Of a stretch of 64,000 nucleotides of DNA, positions 19,255 through 29,300 are shown in pieces. A model generated the notes under the pieces. It ran no database searches, was not told where the DNA came from, and saw only the letters and a program-made list of their open reading frames with translations. A program made the translations under genes and the position numbers. The first letter of the stretch is position 1; every line of letters starts with the position of its first letter. This stretch comes from Abditibacterium sp. GTDB taxonomy: Bacteria; Armatimonadota; Abditibacteriia; Abditibacteriales; Abditibacteriaceae. Location: assembly GCA_965199495.1 (NCBI GenBank), contig CBDASK010000003.1:3520001-3584000 (forward strand), given 5' to 3'.

Positions 19255-19863
19255 ATGAACCTCGCCCGCATCTTCACCGCCATCCATCGCCGCGCGCGTT
19301 TAATCTATTTGCGCACCCGTTTTCCTCGCGCGAACTTTGGCGCGCGCAACGATATTCGGTCTGGCCTCAAACTGCGACTGGCGCCCGATGCAAAGTTTCA
19401 AGTTGGCGCTGGCTGCATTTTGGATTACGATACGACTATCGAATGTTCCGGCACTCTGAACATCGGCGAACGGGTGATTTTCGGGCATCATTGCACCATT
19501 GGCTGCAAAGAACGCATCGAAATCGGCGACGATTGTCTGCTGGCGGAAATGGTTTCGATTCGCGATCACGATCATAATTTCGAGAGCTTGATCATTCCGA
19601 TTCGCGCGCAGGGCGCGACTTGCGCGCCCGTGAAAATCGGGCGCGACGTTTGGCTGGGCGCCAAAGTGACGGTTCTCAAAGGCGTAACGATTGGCGATGG
19701 CGCGATTATCGGTGCCAACGCCGTTGTCACTCGCGATATTCCCGCGCTGGCGATTGCCGTCGGCATTCCGGCGCGCGTAATTCGGATGCGCGATGGTTCT
19801 CCATTAGCCACAGAGGACACAGAGGACGCACAGAGAAAAACAGAGAGAACGAAGGAATTGTAA
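19255..19863 (+). CDS. Hexapeptide-repeat (left-handed beta-helix) O-acyltransferase
   Basis: IEIGDDCLLA, DHDH, VKIGRDVWLGAKVTVLKGVTIGDGAIIGANAVVTRDIP, GIPARVI. Confidence 0.9.
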   Translation: MNLARIFTAIHRRARLIYLRTRFPRANFGARNDIRSGLKLRLAPDAKFQVGAGCILDYDTTIECSGTLNIGERVIFGHHCTIGCKERIEIGDDCLLAEMVSIRDHDHNFESLIIPIRAQGATCAPVKIGRDVWLGAKVTVLKGVTIGDGAIIGANAVVTRDIPALAIAVGIPARVIRMRDGSPLATEDTEDAQRKTERTKEL

Positions 19864-19956
19864 ACCAAAAGAATATCGAATTTTGACTATCTTTTCCTTT
19901 TTTCTTCGTTCCCTCTGTTTTTCTCTGTGCGTCCTCCGTGTCCTCTGTGGCTAATG
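19802..19956. repeat. Fold-back element of 9-nt periodic CACAGAG repeats
   Basis: cattagccacagaggacacagaggacgcacagagaaaaacagagagaacgaag and near-exact mirror at 19904-19956. Confidence 0.9.
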
Positions 19957-19978
19957 AATATCATACTCTATTCACTTT

Positions 19979-21304
19979 ATGATTCATCTCGTTTTGAAGC
20001 CGCACCGCGATAATTTGCACGCGGGCACGACCGATTTGCAGAAATTATTCGTGTTGCTCAAAGTGATTCCAACGGCAGCGTTATCGCAGGTGCGCCCGCC
20101 TCTGGCGCTGGCGGTCGTGATTGACACCAGCGGCTCGATGCGCGATGGTGTCGGCGCTTCCAAGTTGGAGCAAGCCGTATCAGCCACGGCGGCGATTTTG
20201 AGCGATCCGCGTTTGTCGCCCAATGATTTGGTGACGCTCGTTCAATTCGACGATGTCGCCCGCGTCATTTTGCCGCTTTGCCCGTTGGGCGATGGGCAAA
20301 GCGCGCGCGCGGCGTTGAAACGATTCGAGGATTATTCGGGCGGCACGCAGGTCGGCCAGGGATTATTGGCGGCGCGCCACGAACTTTCGCGCATCGAGCA
20401 GGGCGGCGTGGCTCAACGCGTGCTGCTGCTCACCGACGGTCAGGCGTTCGACCCGCAGGATTGTCGCGTGGCGGCGGGGCAGTTGGCGCAACTCAACGCG
20501 CCGCTCGTGACGATTGGCGTGGGCGACGATTACAACGAAGAGTTGCTGCGCGATTTGGCCGAAATCGGGCGCGGGCGGCCCTATCACATGGAAGCGATGG
20601 AGCGGTTGGGCGAGATTTTTCAACTCGAAGTTCAAAGCTCGTTGCGCGAAGTCATCACCGATTTAAAAGCGCAAATCCAAACCGTCGCGGGCGTCAAACT
20701 CGACAGCGTGACGCGGGTTTACCCCGATTTGGCCGAAATGCACGTCGTCGGCGCGGGTGAGAAAATGAACGATGTCGCGCTGGGCAATGTGCAGGCGGGC
20801 GATTATACCGTCTTCGTTTTGGAACTCACGCTCGAAGGCCGCGCCCGCAACGAAGGCCGCGCGCGCTTGGCACAACTCAAATTATCAGGCGCCGTTCCCA
20901 ACTCGGCGAGCGCGGTCGAATCGCCGGTTGAAGATATTGTCGTGGCGTTTAGCGCCGAAGAAGAGGCCGCCGAAACCGTGGACGAAGAAGTTTTGGGCTA
21001 CGTCCAGCAGCGCAACGCCGACCGGTTGGTGCAAAATGCGCTACGCCTCGCGCCCGGCGATTTGTCCGCCGCGCGCGCTTCGCTGCAAAGCGCGCTCGAA
21101 CTGACCAAACGCATCGGCAACCCCGCCGTGACGCGCTTGCTGCAAGATTCGCTTGACGAACTGGCCGACCGGGGCAAATTGTCGTCGGGCACGCGCAAAA
21201 CTATCGCATTGGAAACGCGCACGCGCACCATTAAAACGCAAAGCGCCGACGCGCTCTCGGATGTGCCGGGCGAAGACGAAATTCGGCGCTTGACGGGCGC
21301 GTAG
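19979..21304 (+). CDS. vWA domain protein (YfbK/CLCA-like)
   Basis: MIDAS motif DTSGS, GGT, LLLTDG, TIGVGDDYNEELL. Confidence 0.9.
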   Translation: MIHLVLKPHRDNLHAGTTDLQKLFVLLKVIPTAALSQVRPPLALAVVIDTSGSMRDGVGASKLEQAVSATAAILSDPRLSPNDLVTLVQFDDVARVILPLCPLGDGQSARAALKRFEDYSGGTQVGQGLLAARHELSRIEQGGVAQRVLLLTDGQAFDPQDCRVAAGQLAQLNAPLVTIGVGDDYNEELLRDLAEIGRGRPYHMEAMERLGEIFQLEVQSSLREVITDLKAQIQTVAGVKLDSVTRVYPDLAEMHVVGAGEKMNDVALGNVQAGDYTVFVLELTLEGRARNEGRARLAQLKLSGAVPNSASAVESPVEDIVVAFSAEEEAAETVDEEVLGYVQQRNADRLVQNALRLAPGDLSAARASLQSALELTKRIGNPAVTRLLQDSLDELADRGKLSSGTRKTIALETRTRTIKTQSADALSDVPGEDEIRRLTGA

Positions 21305-21323
21305 TTTTTATCGGACTCTTATC

Positions 21324-21490
21324 CACACCCCTCTGTCCTACGGACATCTCCCCCTCCGAAAGGGGGAGAGGCGCTCGAAACCTCGGCATCGCCGCAACTT
21401 GCGCGAGTAATGAACGGTTCATGTGCATTCTCCCCTTTTGGAGGGGGCGGGTGCCCTTTGGGCGGATCGCGGAGCGACAGAGGGGGTGTG
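21324..21490. repeat. Imperfect inverted repeat of the same CCCCCTCCGAAAGGGGGAGA family as 10125-10376, with micro-insert in right arm
   Basis: catctccccctccgaaagggggaga shared with ~10196-10220; mirror at ~21428-21490. Confidence 0.8.
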
Positions 21491-21579
21491 GGTCATGCCT
21501 ACCAAAACATTAGCAAATCCTTAATCATTGCGATAAAATATGACAAGCGGCTTTGCGCTGCACAAACATCCGACGTTCG

Positions 21580-24500
21580 ATGAATTGCCCCCTCTGTCAA
21601 TCCGCTAATCCCGCCGAGACCCGGCGCTGCCGCGCGTGTGGCGCGGCGTTGAAATCTCAATCGAGTGCAAACGGCGCGGCGCATTTGCCCGATGCGTTGC
21701 CCGATGGCGCCCTGCTCATCGGCACCTACGCCGTCGAAGGCGTGTTGGGTCAGGGCGGGTTTGGTATTACCTATCGCTCGCACGACCAAATGTTAGATCG
21801 GCACGTCGCGATCAAAGAATTTTTCCCGTCCGGTTGCCGCCGCGAAAACGCCGAAGTGTGGCCCGCACGCGGATTATCCGACACCGATTATCGTGAGGCG
21901 CGCGCGCAGTTTTTGGCCGAGGCGCGCGTTTTGGCGCGTTGCCATCACGCGGGCATCGTCAGCGTGCATACGGCGTTCGAGGCCAACAAAACCGCCTATA
22001 TGGTGATGGAAATGCTGCACGGCAAGACGCTGGCGCAACTCATCACGGCGCGCGGTGGCCGCATGAACGAAACCGAAGCCGTCGAGATCATCGAGCGCGT
22101 CGGCGACGCGTTGGGTTTCGTTCACGATTTGGATTTGCTGCACCGCGACATCAAGCCCGATAACATTATCGTGTGCGACGATGGCCGCGTGATGTTGATT
22201 GATTTCGGCACGGCGCGCGAGTTCGTCAAAGGTCAGGCGCAGGGCCAAACCGTCGTCGTCACGCCGGGCTACGCGCCGCTCGAACAATATGCCAAACAGG
22301 CCAAGCGCGGCGCTTTTACCGATATTTACAGCTTGGCCGCGACGCTCTATCATCTGCTGACGGGCCAGATGCCGCCGTCGGCTTCGGATCGAGCGATGGG
22401 CGTGCAATTGCGGCCCGTGCGCGAGTTCAATCCGAACGTGAGCGCGAGCGTGGCTTATGCGACCGAAACCGGGTTGCGAATGGAAATCGCCAAACGCCCG
22501 CAGAGCGTGACCGAATTTCTCGATTTGCTGCACGCGCCCGTTCCGCAAGTCGAAGCCGAACCGCTTTTCCAATCGCGATTAATTGATTTATCGCTCGACG
22601 AAGAGGCCGATGCCGACGCGAATTTGTTGCCGCCGACGCTTCCGCCCGATGCCGTGCGCGCGCGCCAGCAATTGTGGCAAAGCGCGATGCCCTCCGCCAA
22701 CGCGCAACCGGTGCAAATCGCGCCGCAACGCGTGTTCGACCCCAATGGACAACCGACTGCGCCTGTGCCGCCGTCGGCTTATAACCCGGCGAGCGGACGC
22801 ATTCAGGTCCAAACTTCCAACGACTCCGACGGTTCGATGGCCGGTTTTTGGTGGTTGCTGGCGATTATCGTGATTATCGGCTTATTTGCTCTCGCGGGTT
22901 CCTCCGGTAGTCGTCGCAATAACTCGCCGTATCCTTCGTCCGGTTCTTCGTCTGGCGGTTATTCGTCCTCTCCCAATTATCGCTCACCAAGCTTTAACCC
23001 GTCGTCTTCGAGCGATTATAATTCGTGGTCTGCCAGCGAACGCGAGATTAAAACTAATGCTGCTCAGGGCGCCTGGGATGTCTTGCCAGTCATCGCTCCG
23101 GCTTCGGTCAAAGAGTTGCCGACAACTAATAACAGCGCCGCTCCACCGATCCAATTTTCTAACATGGGCGGCGGAATCGAATTTTCGCCCGACGGCAAAA
23201 GGTTGGCCTACATTGACGGTCAGGCGGTTTTGCGCGTTTTGCGCTTGCCGGGGCGTCAACTCGTGCGTTCGATCAAACTCGATAAAACTTACCCGCCAAT
23301 TGACGTAAAATTTTCGCCGGATAACGAAACAATCGCGGTGACGCAAAGCAAAAAAGCCGATTCTAACGGACGATATTCAGAAGGCATTCGCGCGGAAATT
23401 TGGAGTTTGCGAAATGGCAAAAAACTGGGGGTTGTTGATGGGAATTCATCAAAAGACTATATCAATCCGCTGGCGATTTTGAATGACGGGCAATTGTTAT
23501 TGCGCAAATTAGCGAGTGGCAACGAAAATATCGAAGTCGCTGCATTGGATCCGAAAACCGGGAAGATTGGCAAAACGCAGGTTTCGTTTCCCAATACCAC
23601 CGAGGTGACGTATAGCGTGATTTCGCCCGATGGAAAAAAGCTCGTCTTTGGCGATTCGCTGGGGCGTTTGCGCTGGCTTGATTTGAAAACCGGAGAGCAA
23701 ATCGCCGAGCATTCCGCTACGATGAGCCAGAGCGATTTATTAAAAAACTTTGGTCGAAGCTATAACGGGAGTGGTGATCCTTCTCTGCCAATAATGGGCA
23801 TTGACTATGCGCTCAACGGCGAGTGGCTGGCCAGTCGCACCGAGGGAGGAATTCAAGTTTTCGATTCTAAAGCTCACGAAGTCGGTTCGCTAATTATTGA
23901 TAACACAGGCCTGTTTTTCTCCATGTCGCCCGATGGACAATGGTTGGCGGCGCGCGGCAGTTTGCCCTATAGTCCCGAAGGCACGTTGCTTTACAACATC
24001 AAGACCAAACAAAAAATCCGATTGGATGCGCCTTACGATACGATGCGCGATTTCGGCTTTTCGCAGGACGGCAAGCAGCTTTATGGCATTTTTGCGGACG
24101 GTGCAAAACAACAGTTCGTTACTTGGAATGTGGATGCGAACGCGAAAGTGGCGGAAACGCCGAGTCTTTTTGCTTACTCCAGCGTCTCTACTTTTACGTC
24201 AATTTCCGGTTCTTTGGCTTCATCGGACGAATATATCGCAATTGTCGGAGAAGACTATGTTGAGATTTGCTTTAACAATGGCTCGTATATGAAAAATTTG
24301 GGTGTATCGGGCGCCTCTGCGATTCTGTTCTCGCCCGACGGCAAACTGTTGGCGGTGCGCAAAAAAGAAGCGGATACGATTCAACTCTGGGATGTGGCTA
24401 ATGGGCAAATGATACGTCAATTGAGTAAAAATACGACGACTTCATCTGCAACAGACATCGGCGAAAAAAACGCGCGTTCGATGGCGTTCTCGGCGGATAA

Positions 24501-25134
24501 CAATCTGCTGGCTTATGTGCGCCCCAACGGCGATGCCGATGTCCTCGAATTGTGGAGCGTCAAAGGCACGCCACGCCGTCTGGCTTCGCTGGCTGAAAAA
24601 GAACCCGTGAACGCATTAGTGTTTTCGCCCGATAATAAAAGTTTGATTTGCGGCGGCGAAAAAGGACTTTTGCAATGGGTGGACGTGGCGACGCGCAAAC
24701 CGAAAAGCCAGATTAAAACCGGCGAACCTATCTTCGATATCGCTTACGCCGCGCGCAATCTGGTCGTGATGGGCGAATCGAATTCTGCGGTTTATGATGT
24801 GCCCGCGAATTCCGCCGACCCTTTGCAAAAGGCGGACAAGACGAAACTGCCTCAACTATTCAATCGCAGCCGTGACGTTTACACGCCATCGGCAATTTCG
24901 CCCAACGGAAAATTTTTGGCCACAACGCAGGGCTACAAAGACGTTCAAATCTGGGAATTGCCATCGGGTAAAATGCTGCAAACGTTGCCGAGCGAGCAAA
25001 CACACACACAAATACAAGCGACTCCATCATCTTTGGCGCTGTCTTTCTCCGCTGATTCGATGGAATTTACCTCCGTCACAATAGGCAGTGCATCACTAAC
25101 CGTCACAACTTATAGTCGCCCCAAAGGCAATTAA
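21580..25134 (+). CDS. Zinc-ribbon / Hanks-type Ser/Thr kinase / TM / WD40-like beta-propeller protein
   Basis: CPLC...CRAC; LGQGGFG, VAIKE, HRDIKPDN, DFG, TPGYAPLE; TM FWWLLAIIVIIGLFAL; many FSPDG repeats. Confidence 0.9.
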   Translation: MNCPLCQSANPAETRRCRACGAALKSQSSANGAAHLPDALPDGALLIGTYAVEGVLGQGGFGITYRSHDQMLDRHVAIKEFFPSGCRRENAEVWPARGLSDTDYREARAQFLAEARVLARCHHAGIVSVHTAFEANKTAYMVMEMLHGKTLAQLITARGGRMNETEAVEIIERVGDALGFVHDLDLLHRDIKPDNIIVCDDGRVMLIDFGTAREFVKGQAQGQTVVVTPGYAPLEQYAKQAKRGAFTDIYSLAATLYHLLTGQMPPSASDRAMGVQLRPVREFNPNVSASVAYATETGLRMEIAKRPQSVTEFLDLLHAPVPQVEAEPLFQSRLIDLSLDEEADADANLLPPTLPPDAVRARQQLWQSAMPSANAQPVQIAPQRVFDPNGQPTAPVPPSAYNPASGRIQVQTSNDSDGSMAGFWWLLAIIVIIGLFALAGSSGSRRNNSPYPSSGSSSGGYSSSPNYRSPSFNPSSSSDYNSWSASEREIKTNAAQGAWDVLPVIAPASVKELPTTNNSAAPPIQFSNMGGGIEFSPDGKRLAYIDGQAVLRVLRLPGRQLVRSIKLDKTYPPIDVKFSPDNETIAVTQSKKADSNGRYSEGIRAEIWSLRNGKKLGVVDGNSSKDYINPLAILNDGQLLLRKLASGNENIEVAALDPKTGKIGKTQVSFPNTTEVTYSVISPDGKKLVFGDSLGRLRWLDLKTGEQIAEHSATMSQSDLLKNFGRSYNGSGDPSLPIMGIDYALNGEWLASRTEGGIQVFDSKAHEVGSLIIDNTGLFFSMSPDGQWLAARGSLPYSPEGTLLYNIKTKQKIRLDAPYDTMRDFGFSQDGKQLYGIFADGAKQQFVTWNVDANAKVAETPSLFAYSSVSTFTSISGSLASSDEYIAIVGEDYVEICFNNGSYMKNLGVSGASAILFSPDGKLLAVRKKEADTIQLWDVANGQMIRQLSKNTTTSSATDIGEKNARSMAFSADNNLLAYVRPNGDADVLELWSVKGTPRRLASLAEKEPVNALVFSPDNKSLICGGEKGLLQWVDVATRKPKSQIKTGEPIFDIAYAARNLVVMGESNSAVYDVPANSADPLQKADKTKLPQLFNRSRDVYTPSAISPNGKFLATTQGYKDVQIWELPSGKMLQTLPSEQTHTQIQATPSSLALSFSADSMEFTSVTIGSASLTVTTYSRPKGN

Positions 25135-25143
25135 TTTCGATTC

Positions 25144-26208
25144 ATGACGTGTCCCTTTTGCCACAGCGCCAATGCAGCCACGGCGCGCGCCTGTCGGGTT
25201 TGCGGCAGTCCGTTGCACAAAGCCAAAGCGCCGCCCAACGTTGCCGTCGCGCCAAAAATCGCCGCATTTCCCGTTATCTCAACGGTTGCGCCGATGCCGA
25301 CGCTTTCAGCGCGCCAAACCTTCGCTCCAAAAAGTGCGCCGTTGGTAAACGCCGGATTTCTGTCCGACGAAAAATTAATGATCTGGCTGGTGCGCGCCGA
25401 CGGCGCCGTGCAATTGTGGAATGCCGATAACGACGAAACTTTCGCGTTTCCTATCGGGCGATTTTTGCGTAAGTCCAGTCCGACTTGTTGCGCAATGTTG
25501 GCGTGTAATTGCATCGCGACCGGCCACGAAAACGGCGAAGTTCGCTTGCACGGTTTGGACGGAAAAGAAGCGCGCCAACCGTCGTCGCACGTCGGCCCTG
25601 CGTTGGCATTGGCGGCGACATCGGCGCATTTGTATAGCGGCGGCAGCGATGGCGTCGTCTGGCAAACGCCGTTGCCCGCCGCGAAATCGCGCGGCAAGTC
25701 GGCGGCGTGGCTGGAAGGTTTGGGCGCCATGACGACTTTAGCGATTGCGCCCGACGAAAAATCGCTCGCCGTCGGTTGCGACGAGGGCGCCGTGCAATTG
25801 TGGCGTTGGAACGAAGACGACGAAACTCCAACGCCCCGGCTCGATTGGTCGCGCAGTGGACACGCGACGCCGATTCAATCGGTTTTGTTTTCGCCCAACG
25901 GCAACATGATTCTCAGCCGCGACGCCGAAGGCGAATTGTGTTTATGGGCCGCGCAAACCAGTTATCAATTGCCGCTTCCCACTGGCGCGCATAGCAGCCA
26001 CGTCGCCCCGGCGTTTTCGAGCGACAGCCGATTTTTAGCCATCGCGAACGCCGAAAACGGCGTTGATATTTTCGAGGTTGCGACCGAAAAATTGATTTAT
26101 TCTGTGGCGCCGCCAAACGAGAAAACGCAAACGTTGGCGTTTTCGTCCGATGGGAAATCGTTGTTGTTGGCGGGGACGCGAGAAATCGCGATTTGGAAAA
26201 TTACGTAA
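25144..26208 (+). CDS. Zinc-ribbon plus WD40 repeat protein (no kinase domain)
   Basis: CPFC...CRVC; GH..PIQSVLFSPNG, AFSSDS, AFSSDG repeats. Confidence 0.85.
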   Translation: MTCPFCHSANAATARACRVCGSPLHKAKAPPNVAVAPKIAAFPVISTVAPMPTLSARQTFAPKSAPLVNAGFLSDEKLMIWLVRADGAVQLWNADNDETFAFPIGRFLRKSSPTCCAMLACNCIATGHENGEVRLHGLDGKEARQPSSHVGPALALAATSAHLYSGGSDGVVWQTPLPAAKSRGKSAAWLEGLGAMTTLAIAPDEKSLAVGCDEGAVQLWRWNEDDETPTPRLDWSRSGHATPIQSVLFSPNGNMILSRDAEGELCLWAAQTSYQLPLPTGAHSSHVAPAFSSDSRFLAIANAENGVDIFEVATEKLIYSVAPPNEKTQTLAFSSDGKSLLLAGTREIAIWKIT

Positions 26209-26308
26209 CGTTGATTTGTCCCCGCCAAATTTAGCCAACTTAATCGGAATCGCCATAACGCGATAAAATATGAAAGATGCGCGCTGTTTAGCGCTCCCAC
26301 ATCGCCCG

Positions 26309-29300
26309 ATGAACTGTCCTCTTTGCCACTTCGCTAATCCCGCCGACGCCCGTCGTTGTCGTTCGTGCGGCGCGACGTTGCGCGCGCGCATTAACGAAAA
26401 TGGCGCGCCTTCATCCGATGCTTTGCCCGCCGGAACTCTGTTGGCGGGCGCCTATTTGGTCGAAGATGTGTTGGGGCAGGGTGGCTTTGGCATCACCTAT
26501 CGTTGCCACGATCGGATGTTAGATCGGCGCGTGGCGGTTAAAGAGTTTTTCCCGTCGCGTTGTCGCCGCTTGGGCGCCGAAGTCGCGCCGTCGCGCGGCT
26601 TATCGGACACCGATTTTCGCGAGGCGCGCGCGCAGTTTTTGGCCGAGGCGCGCACCCTCGCGCGTTGCCATCACGTCGGCATCGTCGGCGTTTATGCGGC
26701 GTTCGAGGCGAACCAAACCGCCTATATGGTGATGGAACTGTTGCACGGCAAAAGTCTGGCGCAACTCATCACGGCGCGCGGTGGCCGCATGATCGAAACC
26801 GAAGCCGTCGCGATTATCGAGCGCGTCGGCGAGGCGCTCCAATTCGTTCACGAGCAGAATCTGTTGCATCGCGACATCAAGCCCGACAACATCATCGCCT
26901 GCGACGATGGGCGCACAATGCTGATCGATTTCGGCACGGCGCGCGCAACAATTCAAGACCAAGTTCAAGGGCAAACTGTTATCGTCACGCCCGGTTACGC
27001 GCCGCTCGAACAATACGCGCGCCAAGCCAAACGCGGCGCGTTTAGCGATATTTACAGTCTGGCCGCCACGCTTTATCATCTGTTGACGGGCCAAATGCCG
27101 CCCGCCGCTTCGGATCGGGCAATGGGCGTGCAACTGCGTCCGGTTCGCGAATTCAATCCAAACGTCAGCGCGAGCGTAGCGCACGCAACTGAACGCGCGT
27201 TGCAGATGGAAATCGCCCGTCGCCCGCAAAGCGTGCGCGAATTTTTGGATTTGCTGCACGCGCCGTTTGACGAAATCGCGAACGGGATTTCTCCCGCGCT
27301 GCAATCGGTGATAAAACGCGGGGATTTGTTGTCCCGCGAAGATGCCGAAGTCGAAGCGTTATTTTCGCCACCGCACAAAAGTTCGCCCGCAGTCGCGCTC
27401 TTTTCTGATTCGTTGCAAGCGGGCCAAACGCAATTGGACAATCTGCTGCCCAATGCCAGTGAAGATGCGAACAAGCCGCCCATAAATCCGCATCTTACCA
27501 CGTTGTTTTCCGATGCGTTGCAAGAGAATCAGCAATTACTGGGCAATCTGCTGCCTCCGGCTCTCGCGCAACCGGTGCAACTCGCGCCGCCGCGCGCGTT
27601 TCCCCTATCGGCCAATCCGCCCAAAGTTTCAACAGCAGCCACGCCGGTGGCTGGTAGTGGCGCTGGCGGCGTAAACGTCAAAGATGCGGTGGACGCTTAC
27701 AGTTCGGGAAAGGCGTTTGCGTGGGTGGTCGGGGTTCTGCTTGTGGTCTTTGGAATCATTTTTCTCGTGACACCGCGCTCCAATGAGAGATTTGCGAGTT
27801 CGTCCACTTCTGGAATTTCGTCCAGTCGTTCATCCGCATCTTTCGACGATCCAATGAACTCGACTCAAGCGGCAGCCGAAAAAGCGTGGGATGAAATGCC
27901 GGTTTTTTTGCCGGTTTCGACGGAAACTTTGCCGTCCGGCACTGCGGCAAATGTGCCGAAATCCGCCGCGACTCAACAGAAATATTCTCCGAAAAACGTC
28001 GCGTTTTCGTCCGATGGCAAACGCTTGGCTTATGTAGATAATCAATCCGTTTTGCGCGTTTGGAGCGCGACGGCACGGCGCGTTGTGCGTTCGCTGGCGC
28101 TCGACAAAAATCGCGATGTCGAACGCATACTGTTTGCGTCCGATAATCAAACCATCACTCTGGTTCAAAAACCACAGAACGACCAATCATCGGGCTTCTG
28201 CTGGACCGAAGTCTGGAATATAGCCACCGGTAAACGTATCGGCGTTTTGGAGTCCGGGCCGAAAGCCTATGACCTTTGGGCGCAGGGCATTTTAAATGAT
28301 GGACGGATGCTGTTGCGCACAATTTCGGGCGACAAAACAACCGCGAAAATGATGCTATGGAATCCGCAAACTGGCGAGCAGACCAGTTCGCCGCTTCCGT
28401 TTGTTGACCAACTGAGTTCCAGCGTTTTATCGCCCGACGGCAACGAATTGGTGACTGGAAGTGGCGCCGGCATTTTGCAGTGGTTCGACGTGGCTGCTGG
28501 CAACCAGAAGAACCGGCATTCGATGGAAATGACACAATCCGATTACGACGACCGTTTTAGCGATGGCCGCTCAACGCGCAACGATCGGCCCGACGATCCG
28601 TTGTGGATTCGCGGCCTAAAGTTTTCGTCGGACGGTTCTTGGCTCGCCGCGCGCAACGACGCCGAAATTAACGTGTTCGATTCCAACGCCAACCAAATCG
28701 GTTCGTGGACAATTCGCGGCAGGGACACGATTTCGTTCGCGGTTTCGCCGATGGGACAACGCGTGGCGGCGCGCGGTTCGTTGCTTTACGGCCCCGATGC
28801 CAATATGCTGTGGGATGTCAACACCAACCAAAAAACTCGATTGGAAGGCGCGGGCTATAACTTGCTCGGCCTTGGTTTTTCGTCCGATGGCAAACAACTT
28901 TACGGCATTTCGAGCGACGGCAAACAATTCCACTTCTCGGCGTGGGATGTCAACGCCAAAACGACCGCGTCTTTCGCCAATCCCCAGAAAACCTCGTTTC
29001 AACCCGCCGGAATGCACATCAGCCCCTTTGCTCCCATCGCCCAATCGGGCGACTTGACCGCGATGCCAGTGCAATCGTCGGTCGAAATTCGGCGTCAGGA
29101 CGGGACTTTGGTGAACACGTTGAATATCGGCAATTCCAGCGTTGCGACGATGGATTTTTCGTCGGACGGGCAACTTCTGGCGATAAGCAAATTCGATGGC
29201 CCCATTCAAATTTGGAACGTCAATCAAGGGACATTAATGGGACAGTTGAATGCCGCGAAATTCGCTCGTCAAGGCGCGCGCAATCCTTTTGGCGCGGGCA

